Positions 63,817 to 64,000 of a DNA stretch of 64,000 nucleotides are shown here, one piece after another (the stretch's first letter is position 1; each line of letters begins with the position of its first letter). A model generated the notes under the pieces. The model did no database searches. It saw only the letters and a program-made list of their open reading frames with translations, and was not told the origin of the DNA. The position numbers and the translations under genes were made by a program. The DNA comes from Octopus sinensis. Taxonomy: Eukaryota. The stretch covers positions 12,487 to 76,486 of the forward strand of contig NW_021833764.1 in NCBI RefSeq assembly GCF_006345805.1, given 5' to 3'.

Positions 63817-63985
63817 ACGTAGGAGTGGCTGTGTGGTAAGTAGCTTGTTTACCAACCACATGGTTCCGTTTTCAGTCCCACTGTGTGGCACCTTGGGCAA
63901 GTGTCTTCTGCTATAGCCTCGGGCCGACCAAAGCCTTGTGAGTGGATTTGGTAGACGGAAACTGAAAGAAGCCTATCGTATATAT
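63817..63985 (+). mobile_element. SINE head (54705 family), may continue beyond the window
   Basis: CGTAGGAGTGGCTGTGTGGTAAGTAGC...GAAACTGAAAGAAGCCTATCGTATATA. Confidence 0.85.
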
Positions 63986-64000
63986 GTTATATTATATATA

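Overview
Eukaryotic, AT-rich, repeat-saturated DNA with no convincing host protein-coding gene. The SINE families, dense microsatellites and TTAGGG fit an Octopus (coleoid cephalopod) genome; this is recognition from memory, not a database result. Layout: (i) 1-3.2 kb, four non-autonomous Helitron copies, a Penelope-like fragment and SINE remnants; (ii) 3,172-36,017, a ~33 kb tandem array of ~216 copies of a 152-bp monomer (35-bp AT-rich spacer plus 117-bp truncated tRNA-SINE core with a Pol III B-box) showing higher-order periods of 8, 11, 13 and 24 monomers; (iii) 36,018-48,990, a ~13 kb purine-rich (GAATGAGTGAATGAGC)n satellite with nested 0.75-2.9 kb periods, bracketed by a permuted ~288-bp direct repeat; (iv) 49-64 kb, a mosaic of SINEs, CR1-like and R4/Dong-like LINE fragments, a mariner MITE, three foldback elements, a Penelope-like end with a degenerate hammerhead motif, and microsatellites. 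Almost all ORFs in the supplied track are repeat artefacts. The most interesting signal is the SINE-born satellite with higher-order structure abutting a second satellite, a candidate (peri)centromeric or boundary domain. Uneven single-base indel density suggests unpolished long-read sequence, so copy number and higher-order repeats need read-level validation.
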